Positions 38,408 through 50,905 of a DNA stretch of 64,000 nucleotides are shown in pieces. Below the pieces are notes generated by a model. That model was not told where the DNA came from. It saw only the letters and a list, made by a program, of their open reading frames with translations, and made no database searches. Where the stretch lies: NCBI GenBank assembly GCA_965178125.1, contig OZ237756.1, positions 620,001-684,000 of the forward strand, read 5' to 3'. The first letter of the stretch is position 1. Every line of letters starts with the position of its first letter. The position numbers and the translations under genes are program-made. The DNA is from Bilabrum cf. latius (Eukaryota).

Positions 38408-39481
38408 TCAATCTTTTCCTAAAAGATGTAATAGTTCCATAGCAACCTAATGATGAATATCTTTAGTGGTTCCTTTTACTTTCTTGGCTACATTCATTGC
38501 TGTATCATAGATAATCCTTTTTCCACCTCGTAATCCTTTTCCGGTCTTCTTCTTCTTTTTCCCTCTTGGTTTTCCTATCGGTATTCTACTTTCTTTTACA
38601 GACATAGAACCAGGTTGTGCTATTCCGTGCGGTGGAGAAAATCCGGTAAAACGTTCTACAGGTTTGCTTGCCCGTTTTCCCAAGTCCATTTTCGGCCTTT
38701 CCGTTGGACCTCCCTCGGGTCTGTATCGTTTTCCCTCTCTTTTTTTAAACATCGGCGAACCTTCCCAAAACCCGGGTGGTCTTGCGGGACTTTTCCAAGC
38801 AACTGAGGTGACTTTTTCTGTTGTTGTGTCGTCGTCGTCAATAGCTTGCCCCCTTTCTTCTCCTTGTATGCTCCTTAATAAATCATCCACTTCGCTAGTT
38901 TTACTTTTGGATGACCCACTCTGTTCTGGAAAATGTTGAAGTAAAGATTGTTGTCCATCAGTTCTCCGTGAGAACTATTGTCCCTATTCTTCTTCCAATA
39001 TCCTACTTTGTTGCTATGAAAGTGGTTGTCCTTTGGAAATCCTTTCGCGTGCTCGTCGTAAAATTTGACCTCTCTATCTCCTGTTTAAACTCTCTGTAGA
39101 ATTTTCTAATTCTCCAAAATCTTCTTGAAATGTGTTAGTTGTTGGTGTTCTCATAGGTGTTTGCTGGAAATCAATTCCCAACATTCCCTACGGTATTCTT
39201 TTTCCGGATGCGTCCTAAATAACTTTTCCTAATTCTAAGAGTTGTTTTCTATCCTCAGCTGGAACTCTCTGCAGTCCTTCGTATCCTTTCCTTTGAAACC
39301 TCTCTATGTTAACGTATTGACGGGCGAGTTGTTGCTTCATTTGTGGAGACATATTGATATTACCAACAAAATCCTTTAACGCTTTCACGGCTGGCTACAC
39401 GTTCTTTCCCTCAATAATACCTTTCATTATACCAGATATTGATTTAGATATGATTTCCTCGTTGCTTTGGTCTGCCTATTT
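38408..39481 (-). pseudogene. Large low-complexity (core-like) protein of element 2, 5' truncated at the element 3 junction
   Basis: Frame open (TAG=Gln) up to the C7 run at 39482 with no promoter or start there; weak similarity to the N-terminal part of 59448-61526. Confidence 0.6.
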
Positions 39482-40018
39482 CCCCCCCGCTACGGTAATA
39501 AATAAATTTATTCCCTTCGGTTAAGGAAACAAGTTTCAATAGTTCCAGTCCATCAGAGCTAAAGCTCTTCAGTCCGTTCCACTCCTTTTGGAGCTAGTCG
39601 CTCCAAAAGTCAAGGTGGTCCTCTTCATACTGCTACTTCATATAACTGCTTTATCCTTCTAATTATATAAAATCAATTATATATAAAACTCTATACGATG
39701 ACCATATCCATAAATTGCGTATTAGTATATGTAAGTTCTAATCAAAACGTGGATGTAGCCCTCTTGTGAAGGTGTTATGGGACTCTAGCCATTTTCTAGC
39801 CAAAAGTTCCATCACTTTATGGGACTCCATTATTCAACCTTCTAAACTACCTTCATTATACCCCCTTATCCTCGCTTATACCTTCACAAATGGAACACAC
39901 GCGCTACAGCAACTTGCTACACTCGTCATCGCAATACCACAAGCGCCACAGTTCAATACACCCCGGAACGATGACGCTGTAGGCCAGCTGATCACTTCAC
40001 CAGCCTAAAACAATAGAT

Positions 40019-40711
40019 ATGGACCGCAAGATTGAGGTAAGAATCCACAGGATAGATAATCAACATATGGAAATTGCTTTGCTGACCGTATCTGTATCTA
40101 TCGCACCGGTTTTGCTCGCCAACGCAGCTCTTCAAGCCCGACCAACGCAAGAAAACGGGAACGGAAGCGCTACTCACCTTCCAGGACACCGTACAAACCG
40201 AGAAGAACCCCAAGAAGCTTTTGAAAGCGCATTCAAGGCTACTAGGGGACATGCACCTCGTTGAGCAAACCGGGAAGTCGCTGGAGAAGGCAATTCGGGA
40301 GGCGGTCGGAGCATTGGAACCGACAGGCGTCAACTCAAAGGCTCTACTCGCTGTTATCGCTTCAATATTCCCCAAGGGGAGTCTTGACGATACCGATGCT
40401 GACTTTGACCGGATTAATGGCGTGCTGAAGATTCTACATCACGGCAGAGATTACGCGGAGACGAGGCAGACACAGGCGTTCTTGGCACAGAAAATGGCTA
40501 TCCTCAAGCCATTTCTTCCAGCATATGACATCCCATCGCTCGTTGGTGATGTTTTGGAGAAGAACCAGAAGAGGAAGCGCCGCCAAGACTTCAACAAGTA
40601 GCTTCTTCTGGAATCTGGCATCGCCGCACCAGCCAAGCGGTTTCGCGGCAATGAGAATCTCATCCAGGACTATCCCCGGACGGCGGGTTCTTAGCCCAAG
40701 ATGGAGAAGTA
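40019..40711 (+). CDS. Intron-containing hypothetical protein with NLS-like motifs; intron 40037-40127
   Basis: MDRKIE then GTAAGA...GCTGACC...CGCAG joins in frame to ORF 40221-40601; two TAG read through; ends TAA. Confidence 0.62.
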
Positions 40712-40895
40712 AGAAGGTTGAACAACCTTTTTTATTATAAATTGTCGTGTTTGTTATTGGTAGGGACACGGCTATATTGGAGTGGCCACGCTGTCGTGTG
40801 TAGCAGGGTACGAACCGTGCTTCCAGCATTGACACGGGTGGAATCCCGCATTGAAGAGCATTTCAATGTTTCATTTGTGGTCTCAGTCAATCCAA

Positions 40896-41363
40896 TCAAT
40901 CCACACGCATCACCACGTATCCATTTTGCTCGCTCGTGCTCCCGTCGTAGCTGTTTAGAAAATGTCCCAGCCCGTCCTCATCTTTACAGGCCTGAATGAG
41001 GTCGTCCCAGCGCCCCTAAGCCACTATAAATGACTTAAGAAGGGCGCTTAAAGCCTCGCTGTGGTTCGCGTCAGCGGTAGCGGTGCTTATGATATCGGCA
41101 TCGCAAGGCAGGAAGCGCGAGAGGAACGCAGGAACGAAGGAAGCAAGCGTCTCTGTAGCGTGGTCGTCCAAACGTTTGTCTGCTTCTTCTTCGGTGATAA
41201 TCTCATAGGTCTGGATTTCCTCGCCTAGCTTCACCGTGGCAGTCTCGCCGTCAAAAGATTGAAGAACCCTGTCCCACTCCTCGCCCACTGCTCCAATGTC
41301 TTCAATACCAGCAATAAGCGCCTTCATTACTTCATCATTAACATCTGTAGAAACCCCGGCCAT
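40896..41363 (-). CDS. Acidic hypothetical protein, 155 aa
   Basis: MAGVSTD...; TAG 41016 read through gives DEDGLGHFLNSYDG; ends TGA. Confidence 0.7.
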
Positions 41364-41675
41364 TGTTTTATGTGTTTTATGTGTGGTCCAGATAAATTTT
41401 GGCGTAGCACAGGTTCCGAAGATGAAGATGAGAAGGTGGTAGACGATAGCCGATTCCAGTGGTAGCAGTGAGAAGTTCCAGCACGAGGAAGTGATGAAAA
41501 TGTAGGGCAGGAGGGTATAAACTGACGGATGGAACCGCAAAGGAAGGAGAATTGGATTGAATAATTGAAGCCAGACCCATAACCCTAGCCTATAGGCTAG
41601 GGATAACCCCCACATAACCCCCCCACCTCTAAGCGTTTTTTTAAAACTCAAAAATTATAACTTAGTATTATAGAT

Positions 41676-42446
41676 ATGAACTTTAATAATTATGTCATTG
41701 AAAATCCCGTCCTAATGAAGCAGATTTATAAGGCTACAGACCATATTACAGATAGTACGCAAAAAATTTTAGAGACCATTACTACGTATGTAGATTTAGG
41801 TGGAAGGTTTTCCACGTCTAAATTAATTAATAAAAATATAGTTAGTGATATTAAAGAGAAAAAAGCCGTCAAAAAACCCAAGAAAGAAGAGAAACAGAAG
41901 ATACAACACGATAATAACGACCAGCTTGAAATTAACCAAACATACATTCTAGATAAATTTAATGACTATAAACCACAGAATAATAAAATTTATAATGATG
42001 TAGATGATTTACAACCGCCAGAATTAATTAGATAGACCGCAATAGATGAAAAATTTACCGGTATGGAGCCTGACAGTGAAAGTGAAATAAACAGCGTTAG
42101 TACCGAACAAGACTAGATAGAAGCAGAAACTGATGATGAAATGATACCTGAGGAAGAGAAAAAAATAATAGGTGATTTAATTAAATTAGAGAATCAGGAT
42201 TATAGGTATAAAGTGTCCGTAAATGGAAATGATGTATTTTTTGGTGAAATTAATTTACCCGATGTAGAGGCTCTTAAGAAATAGTTTAGCCCTCGTAAAT
42301 TACAAATTATGATTTGTAAAATTAAAAGAAATTTTAATATTAATAATAGCGATGATATAAACAGCCCTGAGTTTTGGAATAGCCGTGTATATTTGACCCT
42401 TGATGTGAAGGCCGAACACGAAAAACTACAAGATATCTATAATTAA
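41676..42446 (+). CDS. Hypothetical protein, 256 aa; C-terminus resembles that of 46566-47273
   Basis: VFFG...DINSPEFWNS versus VHFG...DYKSPAFWSR; ends TAA. Confidence 0.65.
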
Positions 42447-42809
42447 AAGCCCCTACAACTTAATAAACGGGCTAGAATTTAATAAAATATTTTAATATAA
42501 CCGCTATATTAAAATCTATACGATGGCTATATCCACAAATTGCGTATAATTATATAGTATTTCTAGCAAAACGTGGATGTAGGGCCTCTTGTGAAGGTGG
42601 TATGGGACCTTTAGATAATTTTTAAAAATAGTTCCATCACTTTAGAAGGTGTTAAAATACACCATTCATATCACAATCTATTTTTTAGGGCTAAATGGCA
42701 AAAATCACCTTTTACCTTCATTAATTATTATAGCCCCTTTAAGCCCTCTATAATTAAATATGGCGTTTAAAATAGTTTAAAAATATATTTCTAATAATAT
42801 ATATAGAAA

Positions 42810-45587
42810 ATGAATAATAAAAACCTCGTTAGTTTCCCCATCAAGCACAATCAAAAAATACCTGATGTTAAAAGCTGGCGATATCTCACCAAACCCGAGC
42901 CTAAACGATTTAATAATCAGAATATGGCTATTATCACCGGAGAAATTAATAATATAACCGTGTTTGATATTGATTCATATAAATGGAGCGATAAGAAGGA
43001 GCATTTATTCATCAAGAAATTTTCAGATGACTTTGTGAAGCGGTTCAACACATTCACGGTTAAAACAGCGGGTGGAGGGTATCATCTATATTTTAAATAT
43101 GATTAGAATATATTAACTACCACCAATAGAGATATTGACGTTGATATTAGGAATGATGGGGCTTATGTAGTGGCACCACCAAGTGGCATAAATGGGTCAA
43201 AATACGAAGTTATTAATAATGTAGAAATAAAAAAATGTCCTAAGGAGCTTTATAAATTTTATGAAAAGTATATTATTAAATCCTCTAAGAAATCCAACGT
43301 AAAAGGGGCGAGTAAAAGGATATCAAAAATTGATAATCAAGATGTGAATAACTGTATGATGAAATTCATTTTAAATGGTAAAGACTGGTCAATTATATTA
43401 AATAGACTAGATAAGAAATATTTAAATAATTATAGTGATTGGTATAAAGCAACCCTAGCGAGTAAATATTTAGGATTTAAGAAGGAATGGTAGGAGTGGA
43501 GCAAGAAGGGCAATAAATACGACTACCACAAAAATAACAAGGTGTGGAACTCTATCCATTATTTTGATAAGTTAAAAACCTTTAATTTAGTTAATTCAAT
43601 AATTTAGAATGATAAAAGTTTAAAGGCATTTGTGAAGGATAAGTATATTTCAAAGTGTTATTATCGTCCTTATGACGAGAATATTAACGGGTATACAGAA
43701 ATTAATAAACCTAAATTAGATGATATAGAGAAGCCCGAACGATTTTTTAAATATGAATATAATTATGTGGTAAAAAGTGATACAGGAACAGGTAAAACAA
43801 CAGCATTTAAGAAATACATTAAACAGGTTCAAACGCCGTTCTTATCCATTGTATCCCGTGTATGTTTAGGCACAGAGCAATACGAGAGCTTTTTAAATGA
43901 AGATATTAAATGTGAGTTCTACCAGAATAAAACTTTTGATTTTGGATAGTCTCTTATTATTACGCCGGAAAGTATCCCCCAAATTGTGAATTATGATTTT
44001 TCTAAATACATCGTATTCTTGGATGAATTCAATAGCATTATAGAGCATATATTAAGTTCTACTACGATGAATAATAATAGGGTTCTTGTATTATTTATTA
44101 TTTTAAAAATGATAAGGACGTGTAAATAGTTTATTGCTGTAGATGCTGACATATCCCAGATAGCGATGAAATTTTTAAAATGTGCTGGAGTAGAATTTAG
44201 CTTCATTAAGAATAAATATAAGCATTTTAAGGACGTAAAAGTATATTTTGAAAAAGACCAATAGAAATTTTACGATAAATTAAAAAGTGAAGATAAATTT
44301 ATACTGGCGTGTGATAGCAAGAAGAACGCAGATACATTTTATAAAATGTTATGTAAAGATGGTATAGAGGACGTTAAATTAATTACTAGTGATTTATTAC
44401 CTGATGAAGATGTGAGCTTAGATAAATATGATAAAATTATATTTAGTCCTAAAGTCATTTACGGATTAGATAGTGTAATGGAACGCCCAGTGTATGGATT
44501 ATATAAAGGAAAAACGATTCTACCGCCGTAGATGATGTAGCAACTGGCAAGATGTAGAAATCCCGAATATATGAATATATATTTTGAAGATGTAAAATCC
44601 ATTTATCCAAGATATGAGAATTTAAAGGAGGTATAGACGACCTTAAATATGGAAATTAACGCATAGACAGATTTATATACTAAATTAGAAAAATACGAAA
44701 AAAGGATAATGTAGGAGAATGATATTGACATTGATATTTTTGAGGGAGAAGATGATGAAGAGATAGCCCATAAAGCAATGATAGAGGCATCATACAAGGT
44801 TTATTTACCACTCAAGAAATTATATAATTTCAAATGTGATACATACGAAACAAATAAATATATTCATTTATAGCTTATTCTTAAAAACAGGGGTGCCGAT
44901 GTATAGGTGGATAAGGAATTACCACAACGAATGAATAAATAGCAGATGAAAGAGGCGACAATGGAGATACTACAAGAAAAGATTGATTCATTTGATGTAG
45001 AGAACGACCATATAAAAAGAAGAATTGAAATTTTAGGGCTACCAGAGACAGCCATAACGGAGGATATTAAAATGTTATTAATTGATAATTACAAATTAAT
45101 GAATTATTTTAATTATGCTAATTTCAAGAGAAAAGATAAATATAAACTAATGACAGAATTAAAGGATAGAAAGGATTTTAAGGATGAGAAAGCAAAAAGT
45201 ACAAAGAATAAAATAATCATATTATAGGAGATGTTATAGACGCTTAAATTGAATAAATTTGATTTAAGTTATACACGTAAAAATGAGAAATCCATTAAAT
45301 ATATAGAAATGGGTAAAAGATATGTAGAAGTAAGCGGGGCGAGATTATAGAAGCCAATAGAAACCGATAGTGAATTACACGGGGCAATCGTAAAATTATA
45401 TAAGTAGTTATTTGGAAATATTAAAACCTCTTGGAGTATGGGAAATAAAAAGGATAAAAAGGATAGAGAATTAAGAATTAAATTCACCAAGGAGAAAGAA
45501 TTATTTGATGAAGTTTATAAATATTAGTATCCCGAAATGAAGGACGTATACAAGGAATCCAACGAACGATTAGATTAGAATATTTAA
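42810..45587 (+). CDS. Prim-Pol primase fused to SF2 (UL9-like) helicase, 925 aa
   Basis: NMAIITG..VFDID, GGYHLYF, VKSDTGTGKTT, VFLDEF, QLARCR; colinear with 242-3040; ends TAA. Confidence 0.9.
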
Positions 45588-45645
45588 TACCTTTTTTATG
45601 TGTTTAAAATAACTTAAACATTATATATTTATATAATATATAGTG

Positions 45646-45948
45646 ATGAGCGATATTTAGAGTTCAAGCAATACATAGGAACAACCAAAAATTAATTATA
45701 TGTAGGAATATTACAAAACAAACAAAGACAAATGGAATAAAAAATATTTAGCTAGAGGAAATGAAAAAGTTAAATGCGATGTGTGTGATTGTTATTATAG
45801 AAGGAAGGACAGAACGAGACACGAACGAACGAAGAAACACCAAAAAAATCTCAAAGAACCAAAAAAGGATATACTAGAGGAATATATCAAGAAACTTAAT
45901 CAAACCCTGCTTAATAGCGGGATTAAACCACCGGAGATATCAATTTAA
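45646..45948 (+). CDS. C2H2-type Zn-finger protein, 100 aa
   Basis: EYYKTNK..KVKCDVCDC...RHERTKKH. Confidence 0.75.
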
Positions 45949-45990
45949 ATCTATCTATTTATTTATTTTTTTTATAAATAAAAAGATTTT

Positions 45991-46512
45991 TCAACCTTTA
46001 ATAACCATCCAATTAGCCGACCAATCATTAGAGGAATTACCACCCGTTAAATGAATCGTAAATCCATCGGTTCCTGCTACTACGTGGGAAAATTCAACCG
46101 GCTCACTGGCGGGGGTGATTGTAGTAATAAAAACCAAATCACTAGAAGTCATACCCGGAACACTAGCAAATTCAGTAGCACCTCCACCACTCCAATTTAC
46201 CCTTCCTTTATGCGCTACGGTGTTATTTGCTACTACTTCACCTTTTACGGTTAAATCACATTCGTGACCGTCTTCATCAAAACTCATAACTAAACCAGCA
46301 GATGCGGTATTGGCACCGAATCGTAAAGCTTGACCCGAAGTGATGTAAGAAATACCCTTACTGTCAAGATGTAATCCTGCGTTGCTAACAACTACATCAC
46401 TACTATTCACAACAGCATTTACATATAGACCACTACTATCTAATCTACCAGTTGCGACATTCTTACATTGAATAGATATATCATTAGGTTGCGATAATCT
46501 TGCTAAGCTCAT
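45991..46512 (-). CDS. Putative fibre/structural protein, 173 aa
   Basis: Homolog of 37876-38367 with a different C-terminal domain. Confidence 0.6.
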   Translation of the reverse strand: MSLARLSQPNDISIQCKNVATGRLDSSGLYVNAVVNSSDVVVSNAGLHLDSKGISYITSGQALRFGANTASAGLVMSFDEDGHECDLTVKGEVVANNTVAHKGRVNWSGGGATEFASVPGMTSSDLVFITTITPASEPVEFSHVVAGTDGFTIHLTGGNSSNDWSANWMVIKG

Positions 46513-46565
46513 TTTTTGTATATATAAATAAGAGAAAAACTAAAACTTATATCAAACCTATAATA

Positions 46566-47273
46566 TTAAACTTTCATTAATTTTTTAGCTCTATCTACGG
46601 CGTCCATAAAGCTATCTTTTAATGTTGGTTCATTCCATAATACAAACCTAGACCAAAAAGCGGGGGATTTATAGTCTTTAAAGTCTTCATTTATTGAATG
46701 TCTTTTAATATAATTTTTCTTTTTACGGTTTGCTTCCTTCTCTCCATCTTTATTATAATATTGTATAAAGTCCATATAAGGAGTACCATCATTCTTAATT
46801 CCACCAAAATGAACAGTAAACAGAATATTATTACCTTGAACTACTTTAATCATATATTTTTTATTTGATTTAGTTGATTTATATAAATTAAAAACTGGTT
46901 TAGGTCTAAATGATTTCACGTGTCCGTTATTAAATTTTTCCTTCATTGCTTCCTCTATTTCTTCCGTGTCTAATTCTCCAAAGGTTAAAGGGGTCTCTTT
47001 ATTTATTCTTTTAGTGGGTCTATATATATCTCCTTTTTCCTAATATCCCTTTTCTCCCTTCTAATTCTTCCAATCCTCTAATTTCCACCTTCTTAAATTT
47101 TTCTATGCTTCATTTAATTTAATTTTATCATATGTCCCCCCTAGTTTTTTATATGATTTAAAGTATGCTAATGAACGATAAGCTGAAGGCTTTTTATACG
47201 TTCTATTTACTTTCTCAACTGCCTGACGCCATAATTTAGGACTATTAATATAACTAGGTATATTATCATTCAT
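46566..47273 (-). CDS. Two-domain hypothetical protein of a type seen in large DNA viruses, 235 aa
   Basis: PSAYRS..YKKLGGTY..LRRW..E.W..YRPTKRI..ETPLT plus KKYM..VHFG..YIKRH..SPAFWSRFVLW. Confidence 0.7.
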
Positions 47274-47281
47274 CTATATAA

Positions 47282-47440
47282 TTAATAAAATGATAATTTT
47301 TTAATAGCGTGAGCCGTTTTCTTTCTATATTCTTCATAGAGTCTTTTATTATTTGGATTCTTCATTAATTTATTTTTTACCTTCTTTAATGCCTTCTTAA
47401 TAGCATACTAAACAAAGATATTACTAATAATATTAATCAT
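47282..47440 (-). CDS. Small basic protein, 52 aa
   Basis: ATG after TATATAAT; open with one TAG; ends TAA. Confidence 0.35.
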
Positions 47441-47467
47441 ATATTATATAATTAATAAATATTTAAT

Positions 47468-48967
47468 TCAAAGCATTAAACCGCCTTTTTTTCCTTTCCT
47501 TGATATAATTTCTTCTTTTTCATTTACGACCATTAAATCATTCTATCCGTGGATAATTAATTTCTATCCTTCTTCATTTATCTATTCTTTTTTATATTCA
47601 CCTAATTCTTTACCTACTTTAAAATTTAATCTTTTGTTAAATGTGATACTGTCGGTGTGAATTCGTATAATATGTTTAGCGTTGTTCTTATTCACTTTCT
47701 TCATCAATCGTTGTCTTCCATATGCCAGAATAAAAGGTTTCAATTTTCCCCAGCTATATTTAAAGGGTACTTTATGTTTTAAATGATAAATAAATTCTCC
47801 GTCATTATCCATTTCTACACGGTCAATATCAAATTTATCTATATTTATTTTTTTATCGTCTTTTGATGTAATTGTCTTTTTAGAGGAACTACATAATTTA
47901 CCCCATAATGAATTTAATATTTCTTTTGCTAGATATGATTTGCTTTTTAATTTGTAGAACATTGAGACATAGGATTTAAAAAGTGTTTCACTTTTGATAA
48001 ATTTATCATAGGTCATAAAATTAAATTCGTCGCTTGACATCTCTATCTCACAACCATATTTAACAAACATATTCATATCTGTAAAGACATAATAAGTAAA
48101 TTCATTTTCAAATACCTTCATCATTTGAAAGATATTCGGGTCGCATTTTCCACGGCTTACCTTACATTTATAAATCCCTATTTCGTTTTTATTATTAATC
48201 TATTTATTATCAATTGTTTTATAAATAGGATTTCCATATGGTAGTAGTGAATTAGATGACATAATGGCGGGGTAATGACTATTTATATCGTAGGTGATAA
48301 ACTCCTCATATTGTCCCTTCTTGTGATATTGAATCCCGCCACGCGTTGAACCTTCAATAAATACCGCTTCCTCTGGGGTTATATCTGGTGGGCTATCTAT
48401 CATCATATTAAACATTGTAAAGAAATGAAGGGCTGTTTGTCTGATTCCATATTTCATTACATCTAATGATGGGTTCTCGTCGTGTAATTCATCACTTGCT
48501 ATACTCAGCCTTAAGCTCCATTCTTTGATATCTTCATCCTCTGGGCATTCGTGAATGGTGTAATGAAGATAATATTTCTTTGAATGATAATCGGTTAGGC
48601 TCTCAACTCTATATTTATCTTTTTCAATTATTTCGGCTTTATCGGTTAATTTAACAACCATAGATTTATGGCACCGCACAAATAAAGGTTTCATCCTCTA
48701 GACGGCTTTAAATGAACCATCTTTATATTCTAAACAAACCCTTTTAAAACTCTTTTTTTTCCTACTTAGATAATAGACCTTTATATCGTCTTTCTCTCTA
48801 ATCTCTATATCCATTTTTAAACCTGAAACAAGTTTATAAAGGTTCTTTGTAGTTATGGGCTTACCGTTAAATACCTTTTCTAGATACTTCACGGATTGAA
48901 TGGGGTTATCATACTTTTTACCAAAGCATATATTTAATTGATTTAACACATTTTCGTAATTTATCAT
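47468..48967 (-). CDS. Short protein-primed PolB, 499 aa
   Basis: TYDINSHYPA, AKEILNSLWG, RIHTDS; three ORFs joined by TAG; ends TGA. Confidence 0.9.
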
Positions 48968-49045
48968 TTCCTATAGTATATTATATTTAATATATTTTTA
49001 AGCCATTTTAAACACATATTATAAAGTTTAAATTATAAAATGTAA

Positions 49046-49387
49046 TTATTGTTTCGGAGCAGTGAGGATTAATATAAATCTCTTCACTTGCTCATCACTT
49101 AAGAAGGTATAGCGAGAAGAAGGACTGAATAACATTACATCATCCTTTAATTTAAATGGTGAACCAGTTCGCCAGCCTATGGGGTAGAGAGAACTAACAT
49201 ACGCATCATAATTTTTTAAATGGGGCTTTTGTTTTAATAACCTCTAGATATATTTTTTTAATAAAGTCTTCATTTCTAAATCATTATATCCATCATCTGG
49301 ACGAGGAGGGAACACGAAATTATATACGGGCTTATTGTTTTTAACAAGTTGAGTTCTAACAATTTGAATATCACTTAATTTAACCAT
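49046..49387 (-). CDS. Stand-alone homolog of the pPolB N-terminal (terminal-protein-like) domain, 113 aa
   Basis: RTQLVKNNKPVYNFVF..GWRT..FILIL matches RTKLRLNGKPIWSMRF..GWRT..FELLL at the N-terminus of element 2 pPolB. Confidence 0.72.
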
Positions 49388-49479
49388 TTTTATATATATA
49401 CTATAGATATTTTATTTTTAAGCCAAATACACGCGTTTAAAATGACTTAAAGATTTTATTTTATTATAATATATATAGA

Positions 49480-50025
49480 ATGTCAAAATTTGAGAGTTAT
49501 GAACCAAGCGAATTAATGGAACTTTTAGAAGAGGGAGCCGTAAAGAAAGCCAAGAAATATATTAATCAATTCTTCTTTAAAACTTTTAAAGGGATATTTT
49601 TTAATAATACCGTAGAAGATAAATTTGAACTAGTGGATGAAGACGAATTAAATGGTTTGTATCTAACCCCTGATATGAAAACCGACAGTGCCAAAAATCC
49701 ATTTGTTCCATACATTTATATGTTTTCTAGTGAGCCCCCGATTTATTATACAGGAAATTTTGAGAGTAAAGACCCCATAATGACAATTAAAAAGAAGGAC
49801 AAACCCATCAAATATATTAATTTGTCATACGGTCAATTTATACCCGAGGAAGTAGAGGAACCAGAAGAAGAAGAAGAACCAATAAGACCCAAGAAAAAGA
49901 CTAAGAAGAGGAACAAGAAGAAACAAAAACGTGATAATAATAGAAATGTTGAGAAACCAGATGATGAAGATGATGATGAAGAAGCCTTTAGAGAGCAACT
50001 TCAAGAAGCATTAAAAGATTTCTAA
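49480..50025 (+). CDS. Homolog of the N-terminal domain of the element 2 helicase, lacking the ATPase domain, 181 aa
   Basis: YEPSELMELLEEG...YINQFFFKT..GIFF versus YSSKSLMDLCNAG...YLKQYFYRT..GVYF; ends TAA. Confidence 0.68.
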   Translation: MSKFESYEPSELMELLEEGAVKKAKKYINQFFFKTFKGIFFNNTVEDKFELVDEDELNGLYLTPDMKTDSAKNPFVPYIYMFSSEPPIYYTGNFESKDPIMTIKKKDKPIKYINLSYGQFIPEEVEEPEEEEEPIRPKKKTKKRNKKKQKRDNNRNVEKPDDEDDDEEAFREQLQEALKDF

Positions 50026-50347
50026 ATAATTTAATATTTATACTAATATTAAATATGATATCTTTATTAATAGTTGAACACCTTGACCATCTAATAAAAG
50101 GGCTAGAATATTAAAATATATATGGTTATCTCTATAATAAAATCCATACGATGGCTATATCCACAAATTGCGTATTAGTATATGTATTATTTAGCAAAAC
50201 GTGGATGGATTAGTTTTATGAAGATGATTTGATTGATAACGTATTTCTAGCCCAAAAGTTCCTTCACTTTAGAAGGTTGTAATATAGCCCCTTCTGACTC
50301 CCATCATCAATATGTTAAATATTAATTTTATCATTAATATCTAATTA

Positions 50348-50899
50348 TTATTTACCAATATGACATTTATAACAAATTGAATATTTCATATCTTTAATTC
50401 TAGACACTCCGCATTTTTTACACGCCTTTTTTCCATATTTTGTAATCGTATAACAAGACTTACAGGTTGTCCTCCAATCACCTCTAGCCATTTTACAAAG
50501 ACACACATCACATCTTTTTTCATTCCTCTTTTTTTCCTCTAACTTTTTCTATTTCTTTTCTAACTCAATATGTCTTATTCCTTCACAGTGCTTATTATAT
50601 CGGTCTCTTGCGACATCCTTTTTACATATTCCACACCACTAATATAAACATTTTTTACGAATTTGATTTTCTTTATCCTTTATCATCTACTTTATACAAC
50701 TAGAACCCACTTTAAAAACATATCCACTAGGGGTATGCTCTATTTCGTGCTCGGTTCGTATCTCGTGCCCACAAATACAATTACCCAATTTATCACCTTG
50801 AATAACGGTTGAGCCAATATGAATTAATTTCTTCTAAATGTCCACCCATTTTATATTACCGGTATGTTCCTATATTTGTTCAATACACTTTTTACACAT
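50348..50899 (-). CDS. Cys-rich multi Zn-finger protein, 183 aa
   Basis: CICGHEI...VGSSCI and several CxxC pairs; open only with TAG=Gln. Confidence 0.7.
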
Positions 50900-50905
50900 T
50901 CTCTA

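Larger units (their letters stand above)
26387..39481. mobile_element. Endogenous mavirus-like virophage, element 2 (left part; interrupted by element 3)
   Basis: GC drop; rve integrase, SF3-type helicase, pPolB, virophage MCP and penton; left boundary approximate (G8 run at 26387; GGTAG-TACACCAAGCG at ~26406 recurs at ~26803 inside the element). Confidence 0.88.

Noticed and set aside
5041-39500. Elements 1, 2 and 3 as ends of a single element
   Set aside because: Terminal sequences do not match as TIRs and core genes are duplicated and strongly diverged
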